Both the position numbers and the translations under genes were made by a program. Below the pieces are notes generated by a model, which had not been told where the DNA came from, searched no databases, and was given only the letters and a program-made list of their open reading frames with translations. DNA of 64,000 bases. Origin: Dehalococcoidia bacterium. GTDB lineage: Bacteria > Chloroflexota > Dehalococcoidia > Lucifugimonadales > Australimonadaceae. The DNA lies in NCBI GenBank assembly GCA_965208625.1, contig OZ242348.1, positions 1,233,948 to 1,297,947 on the forward strand. Direction: 5' to 3'. Of this stretch, positions 17,436 to 25,966 are shown piece by piece. Numbering within the stretch: the first letter of the stretch is position 1; each line of letters begins with the position of its first letter.

Positions 17436-18998
17436 ATGCACGACGAGCCCTGGGCGCACATCCACGACCCCGACGAAGAGCGCCTCGCCAAACTCAGCAT
17501 CGAACTGAACAACCCCGACCACGACTACTACCACTACGAGGTCATCGAGCTCACGACGGTCGGAATCGACATCGGCTCCTCCACGTCGCACCTCATGTTC
17601 TCCAGCATCACGCTCCAGCGCGTGCAGGAGATGCACTCCAGCCGGTACGTCGTCGTGGACAGGCAGACGCTCTATAAGTCGCCCATCCTGCTCACGCCCT
17701 ACACGCACGACAACCTCATCAACACGGAGCAGCTGGAACGGTTCGTTGCCGAGTCGTACGCGGAGGCGGGATTCGAGCCGCAGGACGTGGACAGCGGCGC
17801 CATCATCCTCACGGGGGAGGCGATCAAGCGCCGCAACGCTCACGCCATAGCCGACATCTTCGCCGATCAGGCGGGCAAGTTCGTCTGCGCCTCCGCAGGT
17901 CACAACCTGGAGTCCGTGCTCGCGGCCAACGGCTCGGGCTCGGTGAAACTGTCGCGCAACCCGCGCCAGACCGTGCTGAACGTGGACATCGGCGGAGGCA
18001 CGACGAAGTTCGCGCTCGTGCACGGCGGACGCATCCAGCACACCGCCGCCCTCAATGTCGGTGGGCGGCTCGTCGCCACGGACGACGACGGCAGCGTGAA
18101 CCGCATCGAGGACGCCGCGCACACCGCCGCAGACAGCATCGGGGTGCCGCTCGCGCTCGGGGAACCCTTGCCGGACGAGCACCGGACCGCCATCGCGGAC
18201 GCGCTCGCCGAGTGCCTGCTCGACGTGATACAGGGCCGCCCGCGCTCCGAGCTGACCCAGGCCCTGCTGCTGACGCCCGACATCCCGCTCGATGCAACCT
18301 TCGACGCGCTCGTCTTCTCCGGTGGCGTCTCGGAATACGTCTACAACAACGAGACGCAGGAGTTCGGCGACCTGGCGGTCGCGCTCGCGGCAGCCGTCCG
18401 GCGCAAGATGGAGGAACACGCCCTGCCGGCGCCGGTGCAGCCCGCGGCGGAGCGTATCCGCGCCACGGTCATCGGCGCGTCGCAGTTCACCGTGCAGCTG
18501 AGCGGGAACACGCTCTCCATATCGGACCCGTCGCTCCTGCCCTACCGGAACGTCCCGGTGCTCATCTCGCGGCTGCCGGAAGACCACGAAGTGCAGCCAG
18601 AGGAGGTCGCCGCGCTTGTTGGAGAGGCGTTCGAAAGGCAGGACCTCGTGGAAGGCGAGCAGCAGGTCGCGCTCGCGTTCGAGTGGGACGGCCTGCCGCG
18701 CTACGCCCAGATACGGAAGATCGCGGACGGGATCGTGGCCGCGGCGCCACGCTCGCTGGCGAGCGGCGCGCCGCTCATGCTCGTCTTCACCGGCGACTTC
18801 GCCAAGCTCATCGGCGAGACCATCACGAAGGACATGGGCATCCCCAACCCGGTCATCTCCATCGACAACCTCTTCCTGCAGGAGTTCGATTTCATCGACA
18901 TCGGAGAGATGATCTACCCGGCGCGCGTCGTGCCGGTGGTCGTGAAGTCACTGCTCTTCCCGGAGATCGAAAAGCAGACCGCCGAGGTGCTGGACTAG
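17436..18998 (+). CDS. EutA-like ASKHA-fold ATPase, copy B
   Basis: 520 aa. VGIDIGSSTSHLMFS and LNVDIGGGTTKFAL loops. Collinear with copy A, with roughly half the residues identical by eye. Confidence 0.8.
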   Translation: MHDEPWAHIHDPDEERLAKLSIELNNPDHDYYHYEVIELTTVGIDIGSSTSHLMFSSITLQRVQEMHSSRYVVVDRQTLYKSPILLTPYTHDNLINTEQLERFVAESYAEAGFEPQDVDSGAIILTGEAIKRRNAHAIADIFADQAGKFVCASAGHNLESVLAANGSGSVKLSRNPRQTVLNVDIGGGTTKFALVHGGRIQHTAALNVGGRLVATDDDGSVNRIEDAAHTAADSIGVPLALGEPLPDEHRTAIADALAECLLDVIQGRPRSELTQALLLTPDIPLDATFDALVFSGGVSEYVYNNETQEFGDLAVALAAAVRRKMEEHALPAPVQPAAERIRATVIGASQFTVQLSGNTLSISDPSLLPYRNVPVLISRLPEDHEVQPEEVAALVGEAFERQDLVEGEQQVALAFEWDGLPRYAQIRKIADGIVAAAPRSLASGAPLMLVFTGDFAKLIGETITKDMGIPNPVISIDNLFLQEFDFIDIGEMIYPARVVPVVVKSLLFPEIEKQTAEVLD

Positions 18999-19032
18999 CG
19001 TCCCGGCGGTGGGGACGCGACCGTACCGACGC

Positions 19033-19494
19033 TCAGTCCTCGTCGTTCGACATAGGAGCTTGTCCGGCAATGTCAGGACGCCGAAGTTTCCGGTACAGCG
19101 GTGACGTGAACCAGAGCCACAGCAGGGCGAATATCCCCAACGCGATGCCGCCCCAGAAGAGCCCCGCCGCCAGCTGTCCGCCCGGCGTCGGACCCCGCCA
19201 CGTGCGCGACGGCTCGGCAGAGTCGAACGTGACCAGGACTTCGTCGCCGTTCACGTAGTAGCCAACGCACTCGTCGGTCAGGCGCGAGAAGTTCTTGCAC
19301 TCGGTCCACGCGGGAATCGTTACCAATTTGCCTGCCTGCGTCGTATACGTCAGGCGGCTGTCCTCGTACACCGCGGTCGCCTGCTCCGTCCGCTCCGCCA
19401 GCTCTCCCACACCTCCGAGCAAGACCCACCCCACATAGACCGCTATCGCGGCCGCGACGAGGCCGGCGAAGGATATCCGCATGTTGATCTTCAT
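19033..19494 (-). CDS. membrane protein, DUF3592-like topology (TM - beta-rich domain - TM)
   Basis: 153 aa. N-terminal helix ISFAGLVAAAIAVYVGWVLLGG, a central soluble segment, and a C-terminal helix LAAGLFWGGIALGIFALLWLWF. Confidence 0.55.
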   Translation of the reverse strand: MKINMRISFAGLVAAAIAVYVGWVLLGGVGELAERTEQATAVYEDSRLTYTTQAGKLVTIPAWTECKNFSRLTDECVGYYVNGDEVLVTFDSAEPSRTWRGPTPGGQLAAGLFWGGIALGIFALLWLWFTSPLYRKLRRPDIAGQAPMSNDED

Positions 19495-19506
19495 GTCAGG
19501 GCGCGG

Positions 19507-19764
19507 TCACCCCGGGAAGCGGCTCTCTCCGGAGGCCACCCATTTCGGAGCGAGCCACCGAAGCAAGAGGAACAGCCCCACGTACACAACGATGAGGGTG
19601 ATAGCCACGATGGCATAGCCGGCAGGGCCCATCTCGCCGCCCACCAGCGGCTTGAGCACTTCGATGAGGAAGTAGACCCCTATGAGCGCTACCGCGGCCG
19701 CGCCCAGCGCGCCGACCGTGTTCCACACAGCACGGGCTCTCGTTCCATTCCCATCATTCTGCAC
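19507..19764 (-). CDS. small two-TM membrane protein
   Basis: 85 aa with helices VGALGAAAVALIGVYFLIEVL and YAIVAITLIVVYVGLFLLLRWL. Lies 12 nt upstream of the previous gene on the same strand. Confidence 0.45.
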   Translation of the reverse strand: MQNDGNGTRARAVWNTVGALGAAAVALIGVYFLIEVLKPLVGGEMGPAGYAIVAITLIVVYVGLFLLLRWLAPKWVASGESRFPG

Positions 19765-19791
19765 GCCTGGGCTCCTTCCTTCGGTCCGCTG

Positions 19792-21828
19792 CTAGCTCAA
19801 CCAGTCCAAGATGAACGGGGTCGGCCAGATGACAGCCAACGCAAAGTCGAAGAACAGCAGGTTGAGGATGAGGATGGTTACGCCGGCGACGACGCCCCCT
19901 ATCACGCCTGTCCTGTTCTGCATCATCAACATAGGGCCGAGCGTGGCGATGACTATGGCGCCCCACTTCAGTCCCTCATCCATCAGGCCGGTCATCAGGA
20001 GCATGGAAAGCAGCATGATGAGGAATATGAGTCCGGCTGAGCGGGCCCCTTCCATCCCACGGCTGCGTATGCCGATGTCCATGATGTCGCCCGTCTCCGC
20101 GCCCAGCCCTTCGCGGACGAACTGCACGACGCAGAGTCCAAGGCCGATGATCCCGAGGCTCATCGGGAACCACTTGCCGAAGAACGAGAACGTCGTCGCT
20201 TCCCAGATGGCGTACCCGAGAACGAGTATCGCTACCAGTGTGAAGACGTGTTCTTCCCGCCAACGCCAGATCCAGCGACGAACCGGGGCGTCCGGAGCTT
20301 CGCCTGCCGGCGGTGCGAGGCCGGTAGGTATGACCTCATCGTCCACAGAGGTGGTGCTCATCCCACCGCTCATGAACTTGGTGAAGAGCGCCCCCATCAC
20401 GATCGCCAGCACGACCAGCACGATGAAAAGTGGGCGTGTGAACGTGCCCACCCAGTCGTAGCGGGCGACAGAGTCGGTGATGTTCGTCTCGATGATCGGG
20501 CCGAGGATAAACCCGATGAGCAGCGGCGGGCGCGGCCAGCGGTACCGCTTCATCAGCATCCCGAGCACGGCGCCACCCAGCACGATAGCGATCGCGCTCA
20601 CGTCCCGCGTGTCCTGAAAGGCGGCGAGCAGCGATATGGGGATGATGAGGAAGCCCAGCACCGGATACGGGATGAGCGTGAGCCGAGCCATCTGCCGCGT
20701 GAAGCCGAAGCCGAGCAGGGTCACCATCAGGTTCCCCAGCCCGAGGCTGACGATGATCATGATAGTGATGTCCGCGTGGTCTTCCAGCATCCGCGGGCCG
20801 GGAGCGATGCCGTAGGCCAGCATCGCGACGATGACGAACGCCCACGCGCGCCCTCCGGGTATGCCGAGGGCAAGTGTCGGGACCGCCTGGCCGCCTTCCT
20901 TCGAGTTCTGTGCAGATTCGGCGAATAGCACGCCGTCCAGCGAGCCTTTGCCAAACTGGGTCTTGTCCTTTGTCCAGAAGATGCCGAACGCGTAGGACAT
21001 CCAGTCCACGACACCGCTGCCGATACCCGGCACTGCACCGAGGAAGACGCCGAAGAGGGACTGCCGGATGGCCATCGGCCAGCGGGAGAATCCGTACCGT
21101 GCACCCCGGAATATCTCGTTGTAGCTGATCCTGGCGTTCTTGGGCGCAAGCGGCTTGCGAGTCATCGTAAGGTCGATGATCTCCGGCAGAGCAAAGACGC
21201 CGATGGTCGTTGCGATGAGCGGCAGGCCTGTCCAGAGCAGCCATTCCTGCTCGAAGGAATAGCGGAAGTCGAGGCCCAGCGGGCCAACCGTACTGAGGAG
21301 CATGCCGAAGATTGCTGCCGCGATGCCCTTGATCATGGCGCCGCCGCTCAATGCTGCCACCATCGCGACTCCGAACATCGCCATCGCTGCGATCTCGGCG
21401 AAGCCGAACGCCAGCACGAACGGCGCTATGACCGGAATGATGATGGCCAGAGCAAAGGAGCCTACCACCCCGCCTATCGCAGAGACGGCGTAGACCGCCC
21501 CCAGCGTGTGCGCGGCATGTCCGCGCTGCGCCAACTGGTTACCTTCCAGGAACGTTACCTGAGTTGCCCCGCCTGGCATGCCGAGCAGGATGGAGGGAAT
21601 CGAGTCGAGGGTATTGTCGATGCCGGTCAGTGTCGCCAGCATCACGAGCCCAATCACGGGGTCCGACACCGAGATCACGATGAACGGAATCATGATGGCC
21701 ATCACCAAGGTTGCCGATATGCCCGGTATCAGGGCAATCGGCACCGTGATGAACACAGCAACCAGGAACCCGGTCCAGTACCCGGTAGTTCCCAGATAGG
21801 AGAGACCCGCAGCGAAGTCAGCCAGCAT
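19792..21828 (-). CDS. tctA: tripartite tricarboxylate transporter permease, TctA fused to a C-terminal TctB-like module
   Basis: Polytopic TctA-like body (about 500 aa), then a Pro/Ala-rich linker, then a 162-aa four-helix module (about 19795-20280) that shares the motif G(D/Q)IMD(I/T)G with the separate TctB-like gene at 56120-56761. Start set at the ATG 21826-21828 (GGGAG 7 nt upstream). Confidence 0.8.
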   Translation of the reverse strand: MLADFAAGLSYLGTTGYWTGFLVAVFITVPIALIPGISATLVMAIMIPFIVISVSDPVIGLVMLATLTGIDNTLDSIPSILLGMPGGATQVTFLEGNQLAQRGHAAHTLGAVYAVSAIGGVVGSFALAIIIPVIAPFVLAFGFAEIAAMAMFGVAMVAALSGGAMIKGIAAAIFGMLLSTVGPLGLDFRYSFEQEWLLWTGLPLIATTIGVFALPEIIDLTMTRKPLAPKNARISYNEIFRGARYGFSRWPMAIRQSLFGVFLGAVPGIGSGVVDWMSYAFGIFWTKDKTQFGKGSLDGVLFAESAQNSKEGGQAVPTLALGIPGGRAWAFVIVAMLAYGIAPGPRMLEDHADITIMIIVSLGLGNLMVTLLGFGFTRQMARLTLIPYPVLGFLIIPISLLAAFQDTRDVSAIAIVLGGAVLGMLMKRYRWPRPPLLIGFILGPIIETNITDSVARYDWVGTFTRPLFIVLVVLAIVMGALFTKFMSGGMSTTSVDDEVIPTGLAPPAGEAPDAPVRRWIWRWREEHVFTLVAILVLGYAIWEATTFSFFGKWFPMSLGIIGLGLCVVQFVREGLGAETGDIMDIGIRSRGMEGARSAGLIFLIMLLSMLLMTGLMDEGLKWGAIVIATLGPMLMMQNRTGVIGGVVAGVTILILNLLFFDFALAVIWPTPFILDWLS

Positions 21829-21915
21829 CGAAAATCTCCCATCAGGCCGTTGCAACGGTCACCAGCCGCCCGCAAAGTCAGCCGGAGACGCGTGCTCCTT
21901 GGCCTGCTTTGAAAA

Positions 21916-21941
21916 GGGCGGCGCGGATATCCGCGCCGCCC
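21916..21941 (-). terminator. stem-loop between the tctC-like and tctA genes (partial terminator or attenuator candidate)
   Basis: 11-bp stem GGGCGGCGCGG / CCGCGCCGCCC with an ATAT loop. On the transcribed (minus) strand it is followed by TTTTC. Confidence 0.5.
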
Positions 21942-21962
21942 CTTGTCATCAGGTGGTCTGGG

Positions 21963-23324
21963 CTAGTTGCTCACGTACTGGGAGAAGTACTTGGGCAAGA
22001 GCCGCGCAGCCTGAGCGTCGACGACCGCTTTCGCACCTTCAAAGAGGTTCTCGTTGTCGATCGTCGCCTGCTTGAGCTCGTCTCGGCCGATCCAGCCGGG
22101 CTCCTCACCCGCCACGCCGGCGTACTTCTGGATGAGCTCTGCGTCAGTGGTCAACGCCGTCTCAAATGCCGAGGACAGAGCGTCTGCGATGTGCTCGGGC
22201 GTGCCGGGCGGCAGCCAGAGAGCCTTGGACGCGTAGTTCGTCGGCCCGATGAGCGAGTTGAATATGTGCGTCTGCTCGTCGTTGAACTGGTCGCGTACGT
22301 CACCACAGTGCGGCTCGGTCTGCGCATTGCCACGCAGAAGGCCGGGGCCCATCCCTGCCATCAGACGCATCAGGCCGCTCGGGATCCAGTCCGGGTTCTC
22401 AACCGGGAACCGGTACCAGAGGCTGGAGCGAACCGTACTGTTGATGTCGCCGCGAGCCCACATCAGCCGCACCGCGTTGGTGTCGACTGTCGTGAAGCCG
22501 AGGTAGGTGAACGGGATATCCAGCTGCTCGGATGCGTATACCGAAGCGAGCAGCGTGGGGTTGCCCTCAGCGATGTCGGAGAGTTCGTCGGCAAGGATGA
22601 ACTCGCCATGGGCACCGCCGCCCGTGCTGCTCTGACCGGAATAGTCCCAGAGACATTTCTCAGCTGCGTCCGCACCAAGGTTTCCGACCGGGTCGTACAG
22701 CATCCAGCCGCGGGTCGGGTCGATGGTGGAACCGAGCGGCTCGAACGTGCTGCGCTTGATGAACTGCGTGCTCTCCGAGAACCCGAACGCCAACTGGGGC
22801 GTGCTGTTCCAGGAGATGTAGGTGCCGTCCTTTGGCGCCTGGGTCGCAGAGTAGATGTACTCCAGCGGCTTGTTCGGCTGGTTGGTGAATACCACCCGCG
22901 GGTTGCCGGGAATGTACTGGCTCATGAACGCAGCCATCACGCGGCCCTGGGTGTCGGTTCCGCCACCGGGCGAGGAGTTCGCGACGATGCGGACCGTCTT
23001 GCCGCTGAAGTAATCAGCAGCGTTGAAGCCGGGTGGAGGCGTCGGGGTAGCGGTCGGCTGCGGCACCGGGGTAGCCGTCGGGGCCGTTGCAGGCGCCGTC
23101 GAGCCGCTGTCCGCCGGTACCGGCGTCGGCGTCGGGTCCTCTGCCATCATCGCCTCAGGCGTAGGCGTCGGATCCTCCGCCATCATCGCCTCAGGTGTAG
23201 GCGTCGCGGTGGGTTCCGGTCGCGGCGTGGGCGTGGGGTCTTCGCCCCCACACGCAGCGATAACAGCCACCGTGGCCACTGCGGTGATGACTCCGGTGAG
23301 CCATCGGTTCATTCGAATCCCCAT
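21963..23324 (-). CDS. tctC: TctC-like (Bug family) solute-binding lipoprotein with a repeat-containing Pro/Thr linker
   Basis: Lipobox VIAAC; linker PTPTPRPEPTATPTPEAMMAEDPTPTPEAMMAEDPTPTP; Bug/TctC-like motif IVANSSPGGGTDTQGRVMA. Adjacent to the TctA gene. Start set at the ATG 23322-23324 (GGGAGGA upstream). Confidence 0.75.
   Translation of the reverse strand: MGIRMNRWLTGVITAVATVAVIAACGGEDPTPTPRPEPTATPTPEAMMAEDPTPTPEAMMAEDPTPTPVPADSGSTAPATAPTATPVPQPTATPTPPPGFNAADYFSGKTVRIVANSSPGGGTDTQGRVMAAFMSQYIPGNPRVVFTNQPNKPLEYIYSATQAPKDGTYISWNSTPQLAFGFSESTQFIKRSTFEPLGSTIDPTRGWMLYDPVGNLGADAAEKCLWDYSGQSSTGGGAHGEFILADELSDIAEGNPTLLASVYASEQLDIPFTYLGFTTVDTNAVRLMWARGDINSTVRSSLWYRFPVENPDWIPSGLMRLMAGMGPGLLRGNAQTEPHCGDVRDQFNDEQTHIFNSLIGPTNYASKALWLPPGTPEHIADALSSAFETALTTDAELIQKYAGVAGEEPGWIGRDELKQATIDNENLFEGAKAVVDAQAARLLPKYFSQYVSN
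23121..23210. repeat. 36-bp in-frame tandem repeat (about 2.4 copies) encoding PTPEAMMAED in the lipoprotein linker
   Basis: Units 23143-23178 and 23179-23206 match over the first 28 nt with one mismatch. A partial unit precedes them. Confidence 0.7.
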
Positions 23325-23400
23325 GTCATCCTCCCTGCATTGATAATCCACTCCCATCCAGGAGTGGATCGGCTGCACAGAGTGCAGCTAGTTACAGACC

Positions 23401-23416
23401 TGTGATGTTTATCACG
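23401..23416. promoter_or_regulatory. CRP/FNR-type palindrome TGTGA-N6-TCACG
   Basis: TGTGATGTTTATCACG matches 9 of 10 positions of the TGTGA-N6-TCACA consensus. Located in the AT-rich divergent region between the tctC-like gene (-) and the regulator gene (+). Confidence 0.35.
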
Positions 23417-23443
23417 GAAGCAGGGAAGTGTTATCAAAAAACA

Positions 23444-23472
23444 TTGCAAAGCGCAATAGCAAATGTTGTAAT
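23444..23472 (+). promoter_or_regulatory. sigma-70-like promoter for the regulator gene, overlapped by nested palindromes
   Basis: -35 TTGCAA (23444-23449), 17-nt spacer, -10 TGTAAT (23467-23472), about 29 nt upstream of the ATG at 23501. Inverted repeats AACATT(23440)/AATGTT(23462) and ATTGC(23443)/GCAAT(23453) overlap it. Confidence 0.45.
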
Positions 23473-23500
23473 GCGTTTTATATCTCAAGAGGAACAGGCG

Positions 23501-24667
23501 ATGTTCGGTTCGATACTCAAGACGCACCACATCTCGCGCGCGGACCTCGCGCACCGGCTCGATGTCTCCGTGCAAACCGTACATAACTGGTGCAGCGGGC
23601 GCGTCCGAGTGCCGAGCAACAAACTCGGGCGGCTCTGCGACCTGCTTGAGGAGTTGGGTGTGCCCTCGGACGAACTGGCGCAGATGGCTGTCCGCGAATT
23701 GGAAGCGCTTGGCGTGCGGCAGGAGCGGCTTGCGCTGCGCTCGAGGAGCGCACAACCACTCGTTGGACTGGTGACGTGGGATCTGATGTATCCCGGGCTG
23801 TTCGGTCCACTTGCGCGCGTGACCCGCGTCGCATTGGAAGGGATGGGCTACCAGTGCATGGCGCTCGATTGCGGCGGAGAGCACCGTCAACGGCGCGCCT
23901 ATCTGCAATGGGCCGCTCGGGGTGACGTGGACGGACTAGTCCTCTGCGGCATCCCCGGCGACGTGCCCGATCCCGACGATGATCTCTTCGCATCGCTCAA
24001 GCCGGTCACGGCCGCGGGCATCCCTGTGGTGCTGCTCAAGCCCTGGACAGGCTCCTCCATGGCCATCCCGGAGGGCATAGGAAGCATCGGCTGGGACTAT
24101 GTCGCGGCCGTGGAGATGGCGGCAGGCCTGCTGCAGGAGCTCGGTCACGAGCAAGTGCACGCCTTCCTTTCTGTGGGCGGGGCCGGATTCGGCGCACGCT
24201 ACCGGGGACTCGATCGCGCATGGAGCAACCTGAGTTTCACCTTCAATGAGGACTCGATCATCTGGGCACAGGAGGGCGAGACCGAAGGAGAACTCGCCGA
24301 AGCACTCAGGGACGCGACCGGCATATTCGCCCCACCATCGCAGCTTCCCACCATCGCCCGCGCCTGTTTCGCAGGCGGCATCAGGTGGCCGGACGACATC
24401 AGCATCGTTTCGCTCGGCAACAGGGCATTTGTCCCGCAGCTCTACCGGCACCCGTTCACGTTCGTCACTATACCGGTGGGACGGGTGGGACGCGGCGCGG
24501 CTCAGCTGCTCTCCAGCATGATCCGCGGCGAGCGGTTCCAGACGGGGCAGGAGTATGTCATCTACGGCGCAAGCACGATGTCCGTTGAGAATTCTGCAGG
24601 AGGATCAGTCGGTCCTCCCCGTCGTAGTGCGCCATTCCCACTATCGGCCGGGGCAACCCTCACGTAG
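23501..24667 (+). CDS. transcriptional regulator: XRE/Cro-type HTH fused to a LacI-like periplasmic-binding-protein (PBP1) sensor domain
   Basis: Start set at the ATG 23501 (AGAGGA upstream). HTH ISRADLAHRLDVSVQTVHNWCSG. The remainder resembles the sugar-binding core of LacI/PurR regulators (VGLVTWDLMYPGLF..., DGLVLCG, DDISIVSLGN). Confidence 0.7.
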   Translation: MFGSILKTHHISRADLAHRLDVSVQTVHNWCSGRVRVPSNKLGRLCDLLEELGVPSDELAQMAVRELEALGVRQERLALRSRSAQPLVGLVTWDLMYPGLFGPLARVTRVALEGMGYQCMALDCGGEHRQRRAYLQWAARGDVDGLVLCGIPGDVPDPDDDLFASLKPVTAAGIPVVLLKPWTGSSMAIPEGIGSIGWDYVAAVEMAAGLLQELGHEQVHAFLSVGGAGFGARYRGLDRAWSNLSFTFNEDSIIWAQEGETEGELAEALRDATGIFAPPSQLPTIARACFAGGIRWPDDISIVSLGNRAFVPQLYRHPFTFVTIPVGRVGRGAAQLLSSMIRGERFQTGQEYVIYGASTMSVENSAGGSVGPPRRSAPFPLSAGATLT

Positions 24668-24676
24668 CGGCGTTGC

Positions 24677-25963
24677 TCAGTCTCTTCGCAGCGTCTCGCG
24701 CAGCACCAGACCGATAAGCAGCGACGCGGCTATGGCGAAGCCTCCCATCGACGCGAACGCGACCGTAAAACCACCTGCCCCGGCGATCACGGCCACCGAG
24801 ACTGTGAATATGCCGGGGTTGGTCGCCGAGCCCGCCTCCGCGATGAGGCGGTTCACGCCGAAGAACTTGCCGCGCGCCGCCGCGGGCGCCACGTCCGCGC
24901 CCAGAGTCTGCATCGAACCCGCCATGAACGACACCGCCAGGTTGATAAGGATGAACCCCAGGATGAAGAAGGGCAGCCCAAGTTCGCCCCAGGCAACGCC
25001 GCCCATCGTCCAGAGCCCCGCTGCCAGGAGCGCACTCGCCGGAACGACGGTGCGCTTCCGCCCGAACCGGTCCATCACTTGTCCGGCCATCAGTGTCACC
25101 GGGATGCCTACGATTCCCATCGCCGAGCTGATCCCACCCAGCTCGATGGCTCCCAGACCATAGGCGAACGCCGCGTAGGCGACGTAGATGCCGCCCTGTC
25201 CCTGCACGCCGCCGCGTCCGACGTTCGCCATGAACTGGGCCGTGAACAGCACGAGCACCGGCCTCGTGATGAGCCTCGCCCAGGAGACGTCCACCTCAGC
25301 CGCTGCTGTGTCGCCCCTGCGGCGCGCCAGTACGGCGGGGGCAGTCTCACGCACGAACATGTAGGACGGCACAGTGGCCAGGAACGCGAAGATGCCGAAG
25401 ACCAGGAATGGCATGCGCAGTCCGAATAGTTCGGCGATAGCTCCGCCGGCGAGCGGCCCCAACAAGGTTCCGGCCCGGTTCACACCCGCCATGCTGGTGA
25501 TCATTCGTCCGCGCCGGTTCTGCGCGCTTGAGTCCGCGATGACCGTGAGCCGGGTCATCTGCCACATCTGCTGTGCGAAACCGTTGATGCCCAGGTAGAC
25601 CAGTATCTCGGTGAAACTCGAGGCGGTGAGGACGAGCAGCGCCGACGCCGACAGCAGGAGCGTACTGGCGATGAGCAGCTTCCGCCGCCCTATGCGGTCC
25701 ATAAGGTAGCCCGTGGGCAGCGAGACGATGACACCGCCGAGCATCGGCACGAAGAGCAGAAGCCCGGCGCCAGCAGCGCCCGCGCCGAAGTCGATCGCCA
25801 GCAGCGGCAGCACCGGCACGATGAAGCCACGCCCCATGCCCAAGAGGAAGGCGGGCAGCAGCAGCGATACGAGCACTTCGTTACGTTCAGCCCAGCGCCG
25901 CATACCCGTTGCGGGTTTCGCTTCTTCAGTGGAAGCCAGGGCTTCTTGTTCGTCGGGCGGCAT
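24677..25963 (-). CDS. MFS transporter
   Basis: 428 aa with about 12 predicted helices and the MFS loop motif GYLMDRIGRRKLL. Confidence 0.85.
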   Translation of the reverse strand: MPPDEQEALASTEEAKPATGMRRWAERNEVLVSLLLPAFLLGMGRGFIVPVLPLLAIDFGAGAAGAGLLLFVPMLGGVIVSLPTGYLMDRIGRRKLLIASTLLLSASALLVLTASSFTEILVYLGINGFAQQMWQMTRLTVIADSSAQNRRGRMITSMAGVNRAGTLLGPLAGGAIAELFGLRMPFLVFGIFAFLATVPSYMFVRETAPAVLARRRGDTAAAEVDVSWARLITRPVLVLFTAQFMANVGRGGVQGQGGIYVAYAAFAYGLGAIELGGISSAMGIVGIPVTLMAGQVMDRFGRKRTVVPASALLAAGLWTMGGVAWGELGLPFFILGFILINLAVSFMAGSMQTLGADVAPAAARGKFFGVNRLIAEAGSATNPGIFTVSVAVIAGAGGFTVAFASMGGFAIAASLLIGLVLRETLRRD

Positions 25964-25966
25964 CGC

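Noticed and set aside
21909-23405. 498-aa plus-strand ORF and the overlapping Gly/Val-rich 106-aa ORF at 23023-23343
   Set aside because: Antisense to the TctC-like lipoprotein gene. The Gly/Val repeat is the mirror image of the Pro/Thr linker repeat.
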